A DNA stretch of 64,000 nt from Mobula hypostoma (taxonomy: Eukaryota). The DNA lies in contig NC_086097.1 in the NCBI RefSeq assembly GCF_963921235.1, forward strand, positions 181,972,001-182,036,000, given 5' to 3'. Shown piece after piece: positions 47,349 to 60,280 of the stretch (position 1 is its first letter; each line of letters opens with the position of its first letter). A program made the position numbers and the translations under genes. Under the pieces are notes generated by a model. The model saw nothing but the letters and a program-made list of their open reading frames with translations, had not been told where the DNA came from and searched no databases.

Positions 47349-49052
47349 CAGGTTTCCCCCGCCATCCGAAGGTAGAGCGTTCCTATGAAACGGTTCGTAA
47401 GCCGGAAAGTCGTAAAGCGAAGAAGCAATTACCATTTATTTATATGGGGAAAATTTGTGAGTGTTCGCAGACCCAAAAAATAACCTACCAAATCATGCCA
47501 AATAACACATAAACCTAAAATAATAGTAACATATAGTAAAAGCAGGAATGATATGATAAATACACAGCCTATATAAAGTAGAAATACTTTTCTACAATCA
47601 TTGCTGAACTGTCCACCGTAGCGAAAATCTCATGCAAGTGCTCTCCACAGAAACACTGTCTCCAGTAACCTTTAAGCTATGAAGCTGCCTAGTCTTACCA
47701 AATAATGCATAAAAATACACAGCCTATATAAAGTAGAAATAATGTATGTGCAGTGTAGTATCACTTATCGGAATCGGGAAGACAGCGCCAAGCACACTGA
47801 TGATGGTGTGTTAGGCTGAGTCGTTGGAGGTTGGGGTGGTGCAGTGGACCCCAACCTCCAGGCTGCGGACCGATACTGATCTGCGAAGCATGCAGTGGTG
47901 CAGTGGTAGCCGGGACGCACCCAGTACATCTTTAAGAAAAGAGCTGAAATAAACAAGCTAATTAGTTAGGTGCCACCCGGCACGTAAATATTGGCCCAGA
48001 TCAGAAGTGACGCAATCGGCGATCGCCTCTGATCTGGGCCGACATTTACGTGCTGGGCGGCACCTAATTAATTAGCTTGTTTATTTCGGCTTTTTTCTTA
48101 AAGATGTGCTGGGTGCGTCCCGGCTACCACTGCACCACTGCATTCTTCGCAGCCTGGTATTGGTCCGTGGCCCGGATTTTGGGTCCACTGCACCATCCTA
48201 ACCTCCGACGACTCAGCCTGGGGTGTCATCTCATCATCGTCTGTTTCCATCAGGGCAGGCAGGTCATCTTCTTCTATGTCTGCCTGCCCCCTCGATGTCG
48301 AAGGTCGAGGTTCGTCATCTGCTGTGGTTGATGTGGAAGGCTTGAAAAATGACAGTATGCTTGATTGCTTAGCCTCATGCATTTTTCTATCATACAGTTC
48401 TTTGTAAGCACTCAAAGCATCCTGCAAATATGCCCTAAACCTACGTAGCCTTTCAAAATTAAAGTCGTACTTTTCTGCAATCATCATTGTCAATTGCAGC
48501 AAAAATCTCACGCAGTTGCTTCACATTCAGTTCCTGGACGACTTTACTTTCGGTCCGTTCGCTACTGCATTTGGTTTCGATTGTTATCCTTTCCTCTTCC
48601 AATTGCATCAGCTCTTCATCTATCAGTTCTTGGTCATGGGGTGCCAAAACCTCTTCAACATCATCTTTGTCAACTTCCACAAGCCAAACTCACGTTGACC
48701 TTACTTCGTTCACCACGATCAAAATGCTTAGTTATGTCTAGTTTTACGCTAAGTGTAACACCATTACGAGCTCTTTTAGGCTTTTCCGATACCTTAGAAC
48801 TCACCTTGCTAACGGATGCTCAAAATAAATCGACATAATGCACAGATGCTCACAGGCAATTTAAGCAATGTCGGTAGAATGTAGTTCTGGGGAGGAGCTT
48901 GGCTGCTCGGGGTGCGCGCTGCCTTTTATCGCGCACTGCCTTTTTTCGTAACAGTGAAAACACCTTCTGTTCGCGAAAACAGGTAACTAATGTAGGTCTT
49001 TCGTAACAGCGAGGTTTCGTAAAGGGAACGTTCGAAAAGTGGGGGACACCAA
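47349..49052 (-). mobile_element. Internally deleted Tigger/pogo DNA transposon
   Basis: TA TSD and imperfect TIRs (CAGGTTTCCCCCG vs GGGGGACACC). Transposase C-terminal remnant DVEEVL..HDQEL.DEELMQL and YKELY..K...KQSSILSFFKP. Confidence 0.85.
47813..48219. repeat. ~400-bp imperfect palindrome inside the Tigger remnant
   Basis: AGGCTGAGTCG...GGCCCAGATCAGA versus TCTGATCTGGGCC...CGACTCAGCCT, centred near 48016. Confidence 0.9.
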
Positions 49053-50820
49053 TATGTGAAGAGCAAGAGGGTAAGGCGTGAGAGAATAGGACCAATCAAG
49101 TGTGACAGTGGAAAAGTGTGTAGGAACCAGAGGAGACAGCAGAGGTACTTAATGAGTACTTTGCTTCAGTATTCACTGTGGAAAAGGGTCTTGGCAATTG
49201 TAGCTATGACTTGCAGCGGACTGAAAAGCTTGAGAATGTAGATATTAAGGAAGCGGATGTGCTGGAGCTTTGGAAAACAACAAGTTGGATAAGTCACCTG
49301 GACCAGTCGGTATGTACCCCAGGCTACTGTGAGAAGCGAGGGAGGAGATTGCTGAGCCTCTGGGAAAGATCTTTGCGTCATCAATGAGGACGGGAGAGGT
49401 TCTGGAGGATTGGAGGGTTGCAGATGTTGTTCCCTTATTCAAGAAAGGGAGTAGAGATAGCCCAGGGAATTATAGACCAGTGAGTCTTACTTCAGTGGTC
49501 GGTAAGTTGATGGAGAAGATCCTGAGAGGCAGGATTTATGAACATTTGAAAGGCATAATATGATTCGGAATAGTCAGCATGGCTTTGTCGAAGGCAGGTC
49601 GTGCCTTATGAGCCTGATAGAATTTTTTGAGGATGTGACTAAACACATTGATGAAGGGAGAGCCGTAGATGTAGTGTATATGGATTTCAGCAAGGCATTT
49701 GATAAGGTACCCCATGCAAAGCGTAAGGAGGCATGGGATCCAAGGGGACATTGCTTTGTGGATCCAGAACTGGCTTGCCCACAGAAGGCAAAGAGTGGTT
49801 GTAGACGGGTCATATTCTGCCTGGAGGTCGGTGACCAGTGGTGTGCCTCAGGGATCTGTTCAGGGACCCCTACTCTTAGTGATTTTTATAACTGACCTGG
49901 ATGAGGAAGTGGAGGGATGGGTTAGTAAATTTGCCGATGACACAAAGGTTGGGTGTGTTGTGGATAGTGTGGAGTGCTGTCAGAGGTTACAGCGGGACAT
50001 TGATAGGATGCAAAACTGGGCTGAGAAGTGGCAGATGGAGTTCAATCCAGATAAGTGTGAGGTGGTTCATTTTAGGAGGTCAAATATGATGACAGAATAT
50101 AGCATTAATGGTAAGACTCTTGGCAGTGTGGATCAGAGGGATCTTGGGGACCGAGTCCATAGGACACTCAAAACTGCTACGCAGGTTGACTCTGTGGTTA
50201 AGAAGGCATACGGTGCATTGGCCTTCATCAATCATGGGATTGAGTTTAAGAGCCAAGAGGTAATGTTGCAGGTTTATAGGACCCTGGTCAGACCCCACTT
50301 GGAGTACTGTGCTCAATTCTGGTCGCCTCACTACAGGAAGGACGTGGAAACCGTAGAAAGAGTGCAGAGGAGATTTACAAGGATTTTGCCTGGATTGGGG
50401 AGCATGCCTTATGAGAATAGGTTGAGTAAACTTGGCCTTTTCTCCTTGGAGCAACGGAGGATAAGAGGTGTACAAGATAATGAGAGGCATCATTTGTGTG
50501 GATAGTCAGAGGCTTTTTCCCAGGGCTGAAATGGCTAGCATGAGAGGGCACAGTTTTAAGGTGCTTGGAAGTAGGTACAGAGGAGATGTCAGGGGTAAGT
50601 TTTTTACGCAGAAAGTGGTGAGTGCATGGAATGGGCTGCCGGCAGCGGTGGTGGAGGCGGAAATTATTGCGTCTTTTAGGAGACTGCTGAATAGGTAAAT
50701 GGGGCTTAGAAAAATAGAGGGCTATGTGTAAGCCTAGATAGTTCTAAAGTAAGGACATGTTTGGCACCGCTTTGTGAGTCGAAGGGCCTCTATTGGGCTG
50801 TCAGTCTTCTATGTTTCTAA

Positions 50821-51560
50821 ACATCCTGAGATACTTTTCTTCCCAAACATCCATGAAAACAGGGAAGTGTCCTAGAGAATGAACAACTGTTAAGCGTGAG
50901 TACCCCAAAGTCTCTCCCCAGTTCCCCCCTCCTGCGTGTAAGCACCAGCAAGCAATGTTCCCCCCGCCCCCACCAGCAAAGAAAAGCACATTGGTACCGT
51001 CACCGAGCCCAAATGTGTGCTAAGCAATAGCAAAGACACAGACCAAAGTTACCCCAAAGGCTTCGCATTTCATCCAACATTCGACAAATCACAGGTTCTC
51101 TCTCTCCCTAATAAGGGAGAGGGAGGTGTCCCCCCATTTTCACAGCAAGCGGGAGACATAACAACCCATTGGTTTACGATGTTAAAAGTCTGTTTCGTCA
51201 CTTTTTTCGAATTCTTTGTCCGAAGATCACAAAGACCTCGGGTCTTCGGTCCCATAGCGAAAGATTTTCCGGCCTCCCTGACGACAAACACGTCTCCCGC
51301 CATGACACCGACCCTCAATCCACCCTTCTCCAGAGCCCTGAGATCTTAGGCTTCCAAACACGAGCGAAACTCTCAGGCCGAACCCTTGGCATGTCAAGAA
51401 TGTGTTGCATTCCTGAAAAGAACCGAAGCCTGTGTGTCACTCCAGCTCAGGGTCTTCAAAAGAACCCTGAAAGGGAAAAATAAAGATATTAAAGCTGAAA
51501 GTAGAGCTGTTTCTGAAGATGCAGGCAATGGAGTCGCCATTAGGTGCCATTATCCCTCCT
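50821..51560 (-). mobile_element. Unclassified non-coding repeat-like segment
   Basis: CpG-rich block with abrupt boundaries after a CR1 tail. Family not identified. Confidence 0.35.
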
Positions 51561-51808
51561 AAGCTGGTATATTCAGTTGATGAGTTTCAGCATTTTCCTG
51601 TTGGTCTGCTTATTGCTCTAACAACTGTTGAAGCAGATTTATTAATTTATTCTCTGATTTATAATTAATATCATCTTCAAAATCATATCAGAGCGTTAAT
51701 GGCAGTCAACCAGAACCTCCCTATCCCTCTGACCTCAATTCTCATTCTCTCAATTGTACTCCCCGTTTTCTTTCTGCAGAGCTTTCTCTCCCTCTACTGT
51801 GCTTTGTG

Positions 51809-52087
51809 CTCTCTCACTCCCCCCATCTCTCTCACTCCCCCATCTCTCTCACTCCCCCCATCTCTCTCACTCCCACCATCTCTCTCTCTCCCCCATCTCT
51901 CTCACTCCCACCATCTCTCTCACTCCCACCATCTCTCTCACTCCCCATCTCTCTCTCCCCATCTCTCTCACTCCCCCATCTCTCTCACTCCCTCCACTCC
52001 CCCCTCACTCCTCCCTCCCTCTTCCCTCCCTCTCTCTCTCCCTCCCTCTCTCTCTCCCTCCCTCTCTCTCTCCCTCCCTCCCCCCCT
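51809..52087. repeat. C/T-rich minisatellite, 17-18 nt unit CTCTCTCACTCCC(A)CCAT
   Basis: Tandem units visible. No G on the + strand across the interval. Confidence 0.92.
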
Positions 52088-52799
52088 GTTATTTTCATGT
52101 TATATCAGTCAGTAATAATGTCTGAATTTTATTTTCTTCTGTTCGTTCTATCTCTCACACCATTGTTCTTTGCTGGACAATCTATCTGACGCCCTTCACC
52201 TGACAAAGGGTTGGATATCTGACACCTCTCTGTCGATGCAGTGGTCTTTGTAAGTCTATTACTGTCCTCACAGTTCACTTCACCTCTATCTGCTTCTGTG
52301 GAAACTGTACTCTGTACATCGAAGTCCAAGTTATTCATAAGGATTGAAAAAGAGTAGTGATCTTCATACCATTCCCTCCTCCTGCTCTCTCTTCTGTTTC
52401 TCTTTACATTCCTGCTGCTTGGAAGCATCAAAGCAGCTTTACCTATAGGCCTGACTACTGGCAGGTCAGGTCAGGGCAACCTTATTTGCATGACAACCTG
52501 CGGTTTGAGAATTGCTGCCTCTATGTGCAAAATCTGTCAATCACACTCTTCAGTTTGAAGTGTAGTGATTTATGCAAGTGCTTTCATAGATACAGTGACA
52601 TGGTGCTGTGTTATTGGCTTGCAATCCAGAAGTCTAGCCATGTGACTGGGGGAATTGAAATAGGTACCTTGGCAACGATGCTAATTGTTGAAATTCAGCT
52701 AATTAAATGATCTCGAGTGAACAGCTGGTATCAGTAGTGCTGACCATGAAACTGGTGGATTGTTGTGAAAACATTTGAATCCTTAATCAATGCACAGGG

Positions 52800-53230
52800 A
52801 TATAAGAAGCAGTGGAGAATAGTTGAGTCTGCCCAATACATCACAGACACATCCCTCCATTGGTAGTATCAATGGGAGGCACTGCCTTAAGAAGGCCATA
52901 TCTATAATAAAAGGTCATCCTGGTCACATTATCTTTTTGCAGCCACCATCGGACAGAAGCCTCATCACTTGGTTCAAGACTGACAATTTCCTTTCAACCA
53001 TTGAGTTCTTGAATGAAGTGGCAAAACCCCAATCACTACAATTTATCAATGCTCTCGTCACTTTGGTCACTTTGCACTAAAGTGGACTTCTTTTAATTCT
53101 GTCATTTCTCTTAAAAATTATGTATAATTTATATTGAATTATGATTTTTCATATGATGCTGAAAGTAAGCTTTTCATTACAGCTGAGCATACATGTACTT
53201 ATGCAGAAGACAAATAAATTAGATTTGATA
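52800..53230 (+). mobile_element. Old Rex1/Babar 3' fragment
   Basis: CLKKAISIIKGHPGH motif and AATAAA tail. Confidence 0.6.
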
Positions 53231-53253
53231 AAAAAAGGCTCTCAGGTTTGTAT

Positions 53254-55035
53254 CAATCAGTTCCCCTCTACCACCACTCTGCTCCGTCTAGCAGAATTAG
53301 TCCTTACTCTTAATAATTTCTCCTTTGGCTCCTCCCACTTCCTCCAAACTAAAGGTGTAGCCATGGGCACCCATATGGGTCCCAGCTATGCCTGCCTTTT
53401 TGTTGGCTTTGTGGAACAATCTATGCTCCGTGCCTATTCTGGTATCTGTCCCCCACTTTTCCTTCGCTACATCGACGACTGCATTGGCGCTGCTTCCTGC
53501 ACGCATGCTGAGCTCGTTGACTTCATTAACTTTGCCTCCAACTTTCACCCTGCCCTCAAGTTTACCTGGTCCATTTCCGACACCTCCCTCCCCTTTCTAG
53601 ATCTTTCTGTCTCTATCTCAGGAATTCTGCAGATGCTGGAAATTCAAGCAACACACATCAAAGTTGCTGCTGAACGCAGCAGGCCAGGCAGCATCTCTAG
53701 GAAGAGGTGCAGTCGACGTTTCAGGCCGAGACTCTCACAGCTATCTGGACTATTCCTCTTCTCACCCTATCTCTTGCAAAAATGCCATCCCCTTCTCGCA
53801 ATTCCTCCGTCTCCGCCGCATCTGCTCTCAGGATGAGGCTTTTCATTCCAGGACGAGGGAGATGTCCTCCTTTTTTAAAGAAAGGGGCTTCCCTTCCTCC
53901 ACTATCAACTCTGCTGTCAAACGCATCTCCCCCATTTCACGCACATCTGCTCTCACTCCATCCTCCTGCCACCCCACTAACAGTAGGGTTCTCCTGGTCC
54001 TCACCTACCACCCCACCAGCCTCCGGGTCCAACATATTATTCTCCACAACTTCCGCCACCTCCAATGGGATCCCACCACTAAGCACATCTTTCCCTCCTC
54101 CCCCCCCCACTTTCCGCAGGGATCGCTCGGTACGCGACTCCCTTGTCCATTCGTCCCCCCACCATCTCTCCCCACTGTTCTCCCTCCTGGCACTTATCCT
54201 TGTAAGCGGAACAAGTGCTACACATGCTCCTACACTTCCTCCCTTACCACCATTCAGGGCCCCAGACAGTCCTTCCAGGTGAGGCGACACTTCACCTGTG
54301 AGTCGGCTGGGGTGATATACTGCGTCCGGTGCTCCCGATATGGCCTTCTATATATTGGCGAGACCCGACGCAGACTGGGAGACCGCTTTGCTGAACACCT
54401 ACGCTCTGTCCGCCAGAGAAAGCAGGATCTCCCAGTGGCCACACATTTTAATTCCACGTCCCATTCCCATTCTGACATGTCCATCCATGGCCTCCTCTAC
54501 TGTAAAGATGAAGCCACACTCAGGTTGGAGGAACAACATCCTATATTCCATCTGGATAGCCTCCAACCTGATGGCATGAACATTGACTTCTCTAACTTCC
54601 GCTAGTGCCCCACCTCCCCCTAGTACCCCATCCGTTATTTATTTTTATATATACATTCTTTCTCTCATTCTCCTTTTTCTCCCTCTGTCCCTCTGACTAT
54701 ACCCCTTGCCCATCCTCTGTTCCCCCCCCCCTCGTCTTTCTCCCCGGATCTCCTGTCCCATGATCCTCTCGTATCCCCTTTGCCAATCACCTGTCCAGCT
54801 CTTGGCTCCATCCCTCCCCCTCCTGTCTTCTCCTATCATTTTGGATCTCCCCCTCCCCCTCTCACTTTCAAATCTCTTACTACTCTTCCTTCAGTTAGTC
54901 CTGACAAAGGGTCTCGGCCTGAAACGTCGACTGTACCTCTTCCTAGAGATGCTGCCTGGCCTGCTGCGTTTACCAGCAACTTTGATGTGTGTTGCTTGAA
55001 TTTATAGCACCTGCAGAATTCCTGTTGTTATGTTG
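53254..55035 (+). mobile_element. Penelope-like element with an internal inverted 3'-end segment
   Basis: RT (FLRYIDD) and GIY-YIG (LYIGETRRRLGDRFAEH). 14-bp TSD TCTCAGGTTTGTAT at 53240-53253 and 55036-55049. Confidence 0.95.
54896..54933 (+). ncRNA. Hammerhead ribozyme with core G8-to-A change (likely inactive)
   Basis: TAGTC-CTGACAA-A-GGGTCTCGGCCT-GAAA-CG-TC-GACTG. Confidence 0.6.
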
Positions 55036-56379
55036 TCTCAGGTTTGTATTGTGTGTTTACTAGACATAGTCATAGTCATACTTTATTGATCCTGGGGGAA
55101 ATTGGTTTTCGTTACAGTTGCACCATAAATAATAAATAGTAATAGAACCATAAATAGTTAAATAGTAATATGTAAATTATGCCAGTAAATTATGAAAGTC
55201 CAGGACCAGCCTATTGGCTCAGGGTGTCTGACCCTCCAAGGGAGGAGTTGTAAAGTTTGATGGCCACAGGCAGGAATGACTTCTAGCTACTAGCTAGACT
55301 ACCAGCTGCTGGTATGTAAAATCATTCTAATAGGAAAATACCACAAATACTTGGAAGATTCTCATTCAAGTTTAAAATTGCATTTTTCCACCATGATCAA
55401 GACTTTGCTGGTGCCAGATTAGTATATTTTTCAGTCTATTGGATTTTATTAATTCCAATTCACTTTTTTTTCAGCATATATGTAGTAAAATGATAAATTT
55501 TCCGGTAAACACGGTAAGTTTAAAGCAGGAACGAAGACCTTAGTGTTTGGAGTTGGCAGGATCTGGGGCTTCGATGTGTCAAAGGGAGTGTGGGAACCAC
55601 AGGCTGGGCATCTTTTCAAGGGAGGGTGACAACCAGCATTCATTGAGCCAGATGAGGAACAGTTAGGATTTCTCATTAATCAGTTATCAGATTATCGGAG
55701 GTATATCACGAAGTGCAGTCAAAGCAGCGTCACAGGCACCAGCCATATTCCAGCAGTGTTTCGTTATGATACAACAGCAAACAGAAACAAAATACTGTCA
55801 GTGCTGGAAATCCATAACAGAAATGGGATCAGGAAGATTCTGGAGAGAGAAACAGAATTAATGTTTTAGGTCAGTGACCTACAATCAGATGAATATTCCA
55901 CTGTGCACACCAACATACAAGCAATTAGAGTGCACATCCAAATACATGAAAGTGAATACAGGCTGGTAATCACAGGGGCACATAGATGCTGGGCAATAGC
56001 AAGAACAGGGGTGTGTTGTGTTCTCCAACAGACAAGCAGCATCCCTGCATGCTCTTACCCAGGAGAGCAATATTGTGCACAATAGCACACTAATCCTGAG
56101 ACACTAACGTGCTGCAAGCTAATACAGCACAATGATATTGTCATCTATGAGCACTGTGATACACTGCACATGGATGCGAGCTGAGAGATTTAGCAGAGTA
56201 GAACATGAACCGAGATACTGTACCATGCAGAGTAATGTCTAAGCAGCATTACTGTGCACACTGTGAAGTGCATAGAATGTTAAAAATGGGACATTGTGTT
56301 GCAACTTTAGAAAACACTGGTTAGGCCACAAGATTGAATAGAATATGGAACAATATAAAATGATGTGCCAGTCTTTTAA

Positions 56380-58233
56380 CCTGCTGCACGAGCACTCTAA
56401 CTCTTCCCTTCCACTCAGCTCATAACCTTCCATCTTTCTTTCATATAGGCTTGTCTTGCTTTTCCTGGAGCGAAGGAAGCTGAAGGGTGACTTGAAAGAA
56501 GTAACCAAGGTCACGAAGGCACAGATATGGTGGATAGTCAGAATCTTTTTTCCCATGATAGGGATATCAAAAGCAAGAGGGGGAGTAGATTTAAGGTGAG
56601 GGGAAGGAGTTTTAAAGTGGATTTGAGGGGAAAGGTTATTTTTTCACAGAGATATCTGGAACTTGCTGCTTAAGGAGGTAGTGGAATCATAAACAATCAC
56701 TACGTTGAAGAACCATTCGGACAGATATTTAAACAGGCAAGGCTTGTGGGTGTAATGTAGCCCAATGGGATCGGTGTGACTGGGCCAGTAGGTTGAATTT
56801 TGGTTTTGGTTTATTGTTGTTACAAGTACCAAAGTACAATGAAAAACTTGTCTTGCATACTCTTCATACAGATCAAATCATTACAAAGTGCATTGAGCTC
56901 GAAAAAGATAAAAACAATAACAATGCAGAATCAAGTGTAAAAGCAACCGAAAGAATGCGGTGCACATAAATCATCGAGTGCAAAATCATAACGAGATAGA
57001 TTGTGAGGCCAAGAGGCCATCTTATCGTACAAGAGATCCATTCAAGAGTCTAATAACAGAGGGATGGATGCTCTCCTTGAGCTGGTTGCATGTGGTTTCA
57101 GGTTTTTGTATCTTTTCCTGATGTTGGGGTGGTGGGGTGGAAAGAAGAATGTCTGGGGTGGCTGGTGTCTTTGGTAATGCTGGCTGCTTTACTGAGGCAG
57201 CGAGAGTCCATCAAGGAGAGGCTGAGCTACAGTATGTCCTCAACGCTTTGCAGTTTCTTGCTGTCACATGCAGAGCAGCTGCCGTAATAAGCTGTTATGC
57301 ATCCAGAGAGAATGCTTTGTATGGTCTTATCAATAAAGATTGGTTGCTTGTCTGTCCTGTTGGGTGCAATCTTTCATTGAATCAGTTATGTTTCTTGGAT
57401 TTAAAGTGTATACCTGCATGAAAATGAACCTCAGGGTTGTATATGGTGGCATATATGTACTTTTATAATAAATTTACTTTGAACTTTGAGGGAAAGGTTG
57501 TTGTCACAACACCATGACACTATCTCCAATTCATTATTTGAAATGCAGTCCACTACATTAGTATCACCTACAACTCGCATAAGGAGTTAGAGCAGAATCT
57601 GGCAACATAGAGTGTACAGGGAGTAGAGTAGGGGTAAGTAGATGCAAACTTGTGTTGCACCAGTGTTGAGAATAATGATGGTGGAGGTGTTGCTGTTTAT
57701 CCTTACTAATGGCAGTCATGAGCGTGGTGGGCTGAAGGGTTGCTTTCTGTGTTGTACTACTCAGTGACAAGCATAGTAATAGTGCGTGTGTATGAGTGCA
57801 CAGGTGCTGTGAACATACAAGTACGTAAATGTTGTACACCATTCACAGTGGCACACAAGCAGAGCTACTGTGCAGTCTGTCACTTGACCAATGAGGTGAG
57901 ATCTGAGAGGACGGGAAGTCGGAATGGTGGGCATCAGTTACTGTTGATTCAGATTGGGCATTGTTTGTAGAAAACTCACAGTCAGCAATCTGAGAGTAAA
58001 CTTTTACTTTATACTTGATACTAGAACGTACAATCATCACAGCGATATTTGATTCTGTGCTTCACACTCCCTGGATTACAAATATTAAATATTAAAAATA
58101 GTAAAAATTAGTAAATATAAAAATTTAAATTATAAGTCATAAATATAAAATAGAAAAATGGAAAATAAGGTAGTGCAAAAAAACCGAGAGGCAGGTCCGG
58201 ATATTTGGAGGGTACAGCCCAGATCCGGGTCAG
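56380..58233. mobile_element. Cluster of short CR1 and Rex1/Babar 3' fragments
   Basis: CR1 RT end at 56460-56780 (+). Rex1-type fragments at 56800-57310, 57490-57850 and 58000-58233 (-). Confidence 0.6.
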
Positions 58234-58916
58234 GTTCCCCAGCTTCCTGACGGCTGTTCCTCGTGGATGGTCTCTACTCCTAAGAGTAACTTGTTTTCCA
58301 TTAATGACATGCTGTTTGAATCCTTCAAAACACCTAAACTGGGATCTTTCTGTGAAAGCCTGGTTTAGTACATCCTTCAGTTACCTGCCTTCTCCATCCT
58401 TGTTCCATTATCGCCCAGAAATACTGAGTCTGAGTTCTGTTTCCTTTTCAGCTGCAAAACAATGGTTCAGTGATAGCTTTTCTTAGTTTTGATAGTCAGG
58501 GGAAAGCATCAGATGGCTAGCTGCAAGTCTGGACATCATATATTATTGTTAGGAGCAGTGTCACTTTGGTAAATTCACCCAAAATATGTCCAGCTGGATG
58601 AGCCAAGATGAAATGACCTTTGTTTTTTTTGTCTGTATGGTTGCTGATTCTAATTTGAGATTAATTCATCTGACACTGCTGCTGCTATCTAGCAGATGTA
58701 TTGTGTATTCGTCAGGACTCTGATCGCTGAATAATTCTGTGCTTTGATGGTTAGACACACTGCATGGTGCTGTTGCTATAAAAAGCAAGGCGCAGTGGAG
58801 CACGCCGTGTCTGCATGGCTGTTTTAGTTTTGAAGGAAAGCAGTGCTACCGCACACAACACATTTATAAAACACGTATGTGTGTCTTGCTTGTTTACTTC
58901 TGAATCTATGCTTTAG

Positions 58917-58978
58917 AGCTGTGTGAGTTGGAACAGAATTTCAAGAAAGCAGCTGTCATAAGCCTGGAATATGTTTAA
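58917..58978 (+). CDS. Candidate terminal coding exon of an unidentified host gene (xLCELEQNFKKAAVISLEYV*)
   Basis: Pyrimidine-rich acceptor ending CTTTAG, open phase-1 frame to TAA, and AATAAA at 59158-59163 followed by GT-rich sequence, all in a TE-free island. Confidence 0.35.
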
Positions 58979-59609
58979 CTCTCCTGCAGGTTCTAGGACG
59001 TGGGTGGGAGGGAGGCAATGTAGACAAAGGCTTCTCAGCATGCCCTCATCAAGTTGGATGCATCTGACCTTTTCTCCTTTTCTTTCTCTCCTGGAAAAAC
59101 TGTTAATGAAAGAAAAAGAAATATCTGTATTTCTGCTTATTTTATGCACCTCCTTTTAATAAAGCTTTGTTTTGCTGGCCCTCAAGTTGTTGTAGACTGA
59201 CTGAACTTGTGGTATTGTGCAGATTTATGGACTTGATCAATTCCTGGCTCCTGAAAGCAGAGGGGCTCAGAATGGAAACGGAGGAATGATATATGCACAA
59301 ACTATTGCTGCATGTTATGGGTGTGGGTGTAGTTGCAGAGGAGTGGATTATTTTGTTAGCTAGATTTTTGATGTCTAGTTTCCTTTTTAATTGATTCCAG
59401 ACATAAAACCATAGGTTTGAGCCTTTTTTATTTATTGTTCACAGGTTGAGAATGTAGCTATCAAGGCCAGGATCTCTAATATCCCCTCAACACTGTGGGA
59501 TGACAAGGCCATTTAGTGTACAGTGAAGTTGATTACATTCTGTGGGCCTGAATCCATGCTTCCACACCACCTCCCCTCAGCTAGACAGGATATGTCAGTA
59601 GTGTTCTGT

Positions 59610-60055
59610 CCTGAAGGACCTTGGAAGAGTGCAGAAAAAATTTACAAAGATGTTGTTGGGACTTGAGTCATAGAGAAAGGTTGAATAGGTTAGTACTGGA
59701 GATTCCAAGGAGGTATTTGTAGAGTATACAAAATTATTGATAGGGTGAAGGAATACAGGCTTTTTCCCCCGAGTATGGGTGAGACTGGAACTAGAAGTCA
59801 TCAGATTAGGGTGAAATCTGAGGGGGTCCTTCTTCAGAGGGTGGTGTGAGAGTGGAGCAAGCTGCCTGCAGAAGTGGTAGGTATAAGTTCAAATGTAACA
59901 TTTAGGAGAAGTTTAGCCAGGTGTACATGGATGAGAGAAGTATGGAGGCTTATGGTCTGGGTGTAGGTAGGTGAGATTAGGCAGAAGACCAGGTTGACAT
60001 AGGCGAGGTGAGCCCAATAGCCTGTTTCTGTGCTGTAGTACTTTATGACTCCATG
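59610..60055 (+). mobile_element. CR1 3' fragment
   Basis: RVQKKFTKMLLG-type RT end and CR1 3' UTR. Confidence 0.7.
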
Positions 60056-60280
60056 ACCTCAATGAAATAGATGAAGTTTTATGACAGTTTCGTAGATTCA
60101 TGGTAACCAATATTGATACCCACTATATATTCCAAAATTAGTTCATATCAGTTCAATGGCAGTGTTGGGATTTGAACTCTGAATGCATTGTTGGTGTAAA
60201 CTACTAGGTACTTGTTTAGCATCACAGCCATTAAGCTATCCTGTCACGTATTGGTTAACAGGTCAGTTGTCTCTCTTCCT

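Larger units (their letters stand above)
46970..50820 (+). mobile_element. CR1 LINE ORF2, split by a Tigger remnant
   Basis: [25 protein letters not shown] and LVRPHLEYC motifs. Sequence rejoins across the TA at 47347/49053. Confidence 0.92.

Noticed and set aside
51699..52189. Pro/Ser/Leu/His-rich ORFs
   Set aside because: Translations of the minisatellite.
53141..54605. Overlapping 231-aa and 313-aa ORFs with odd termini
   Set aside because: Products of the inverted PLE segment. The ends are translated 3' UTR.
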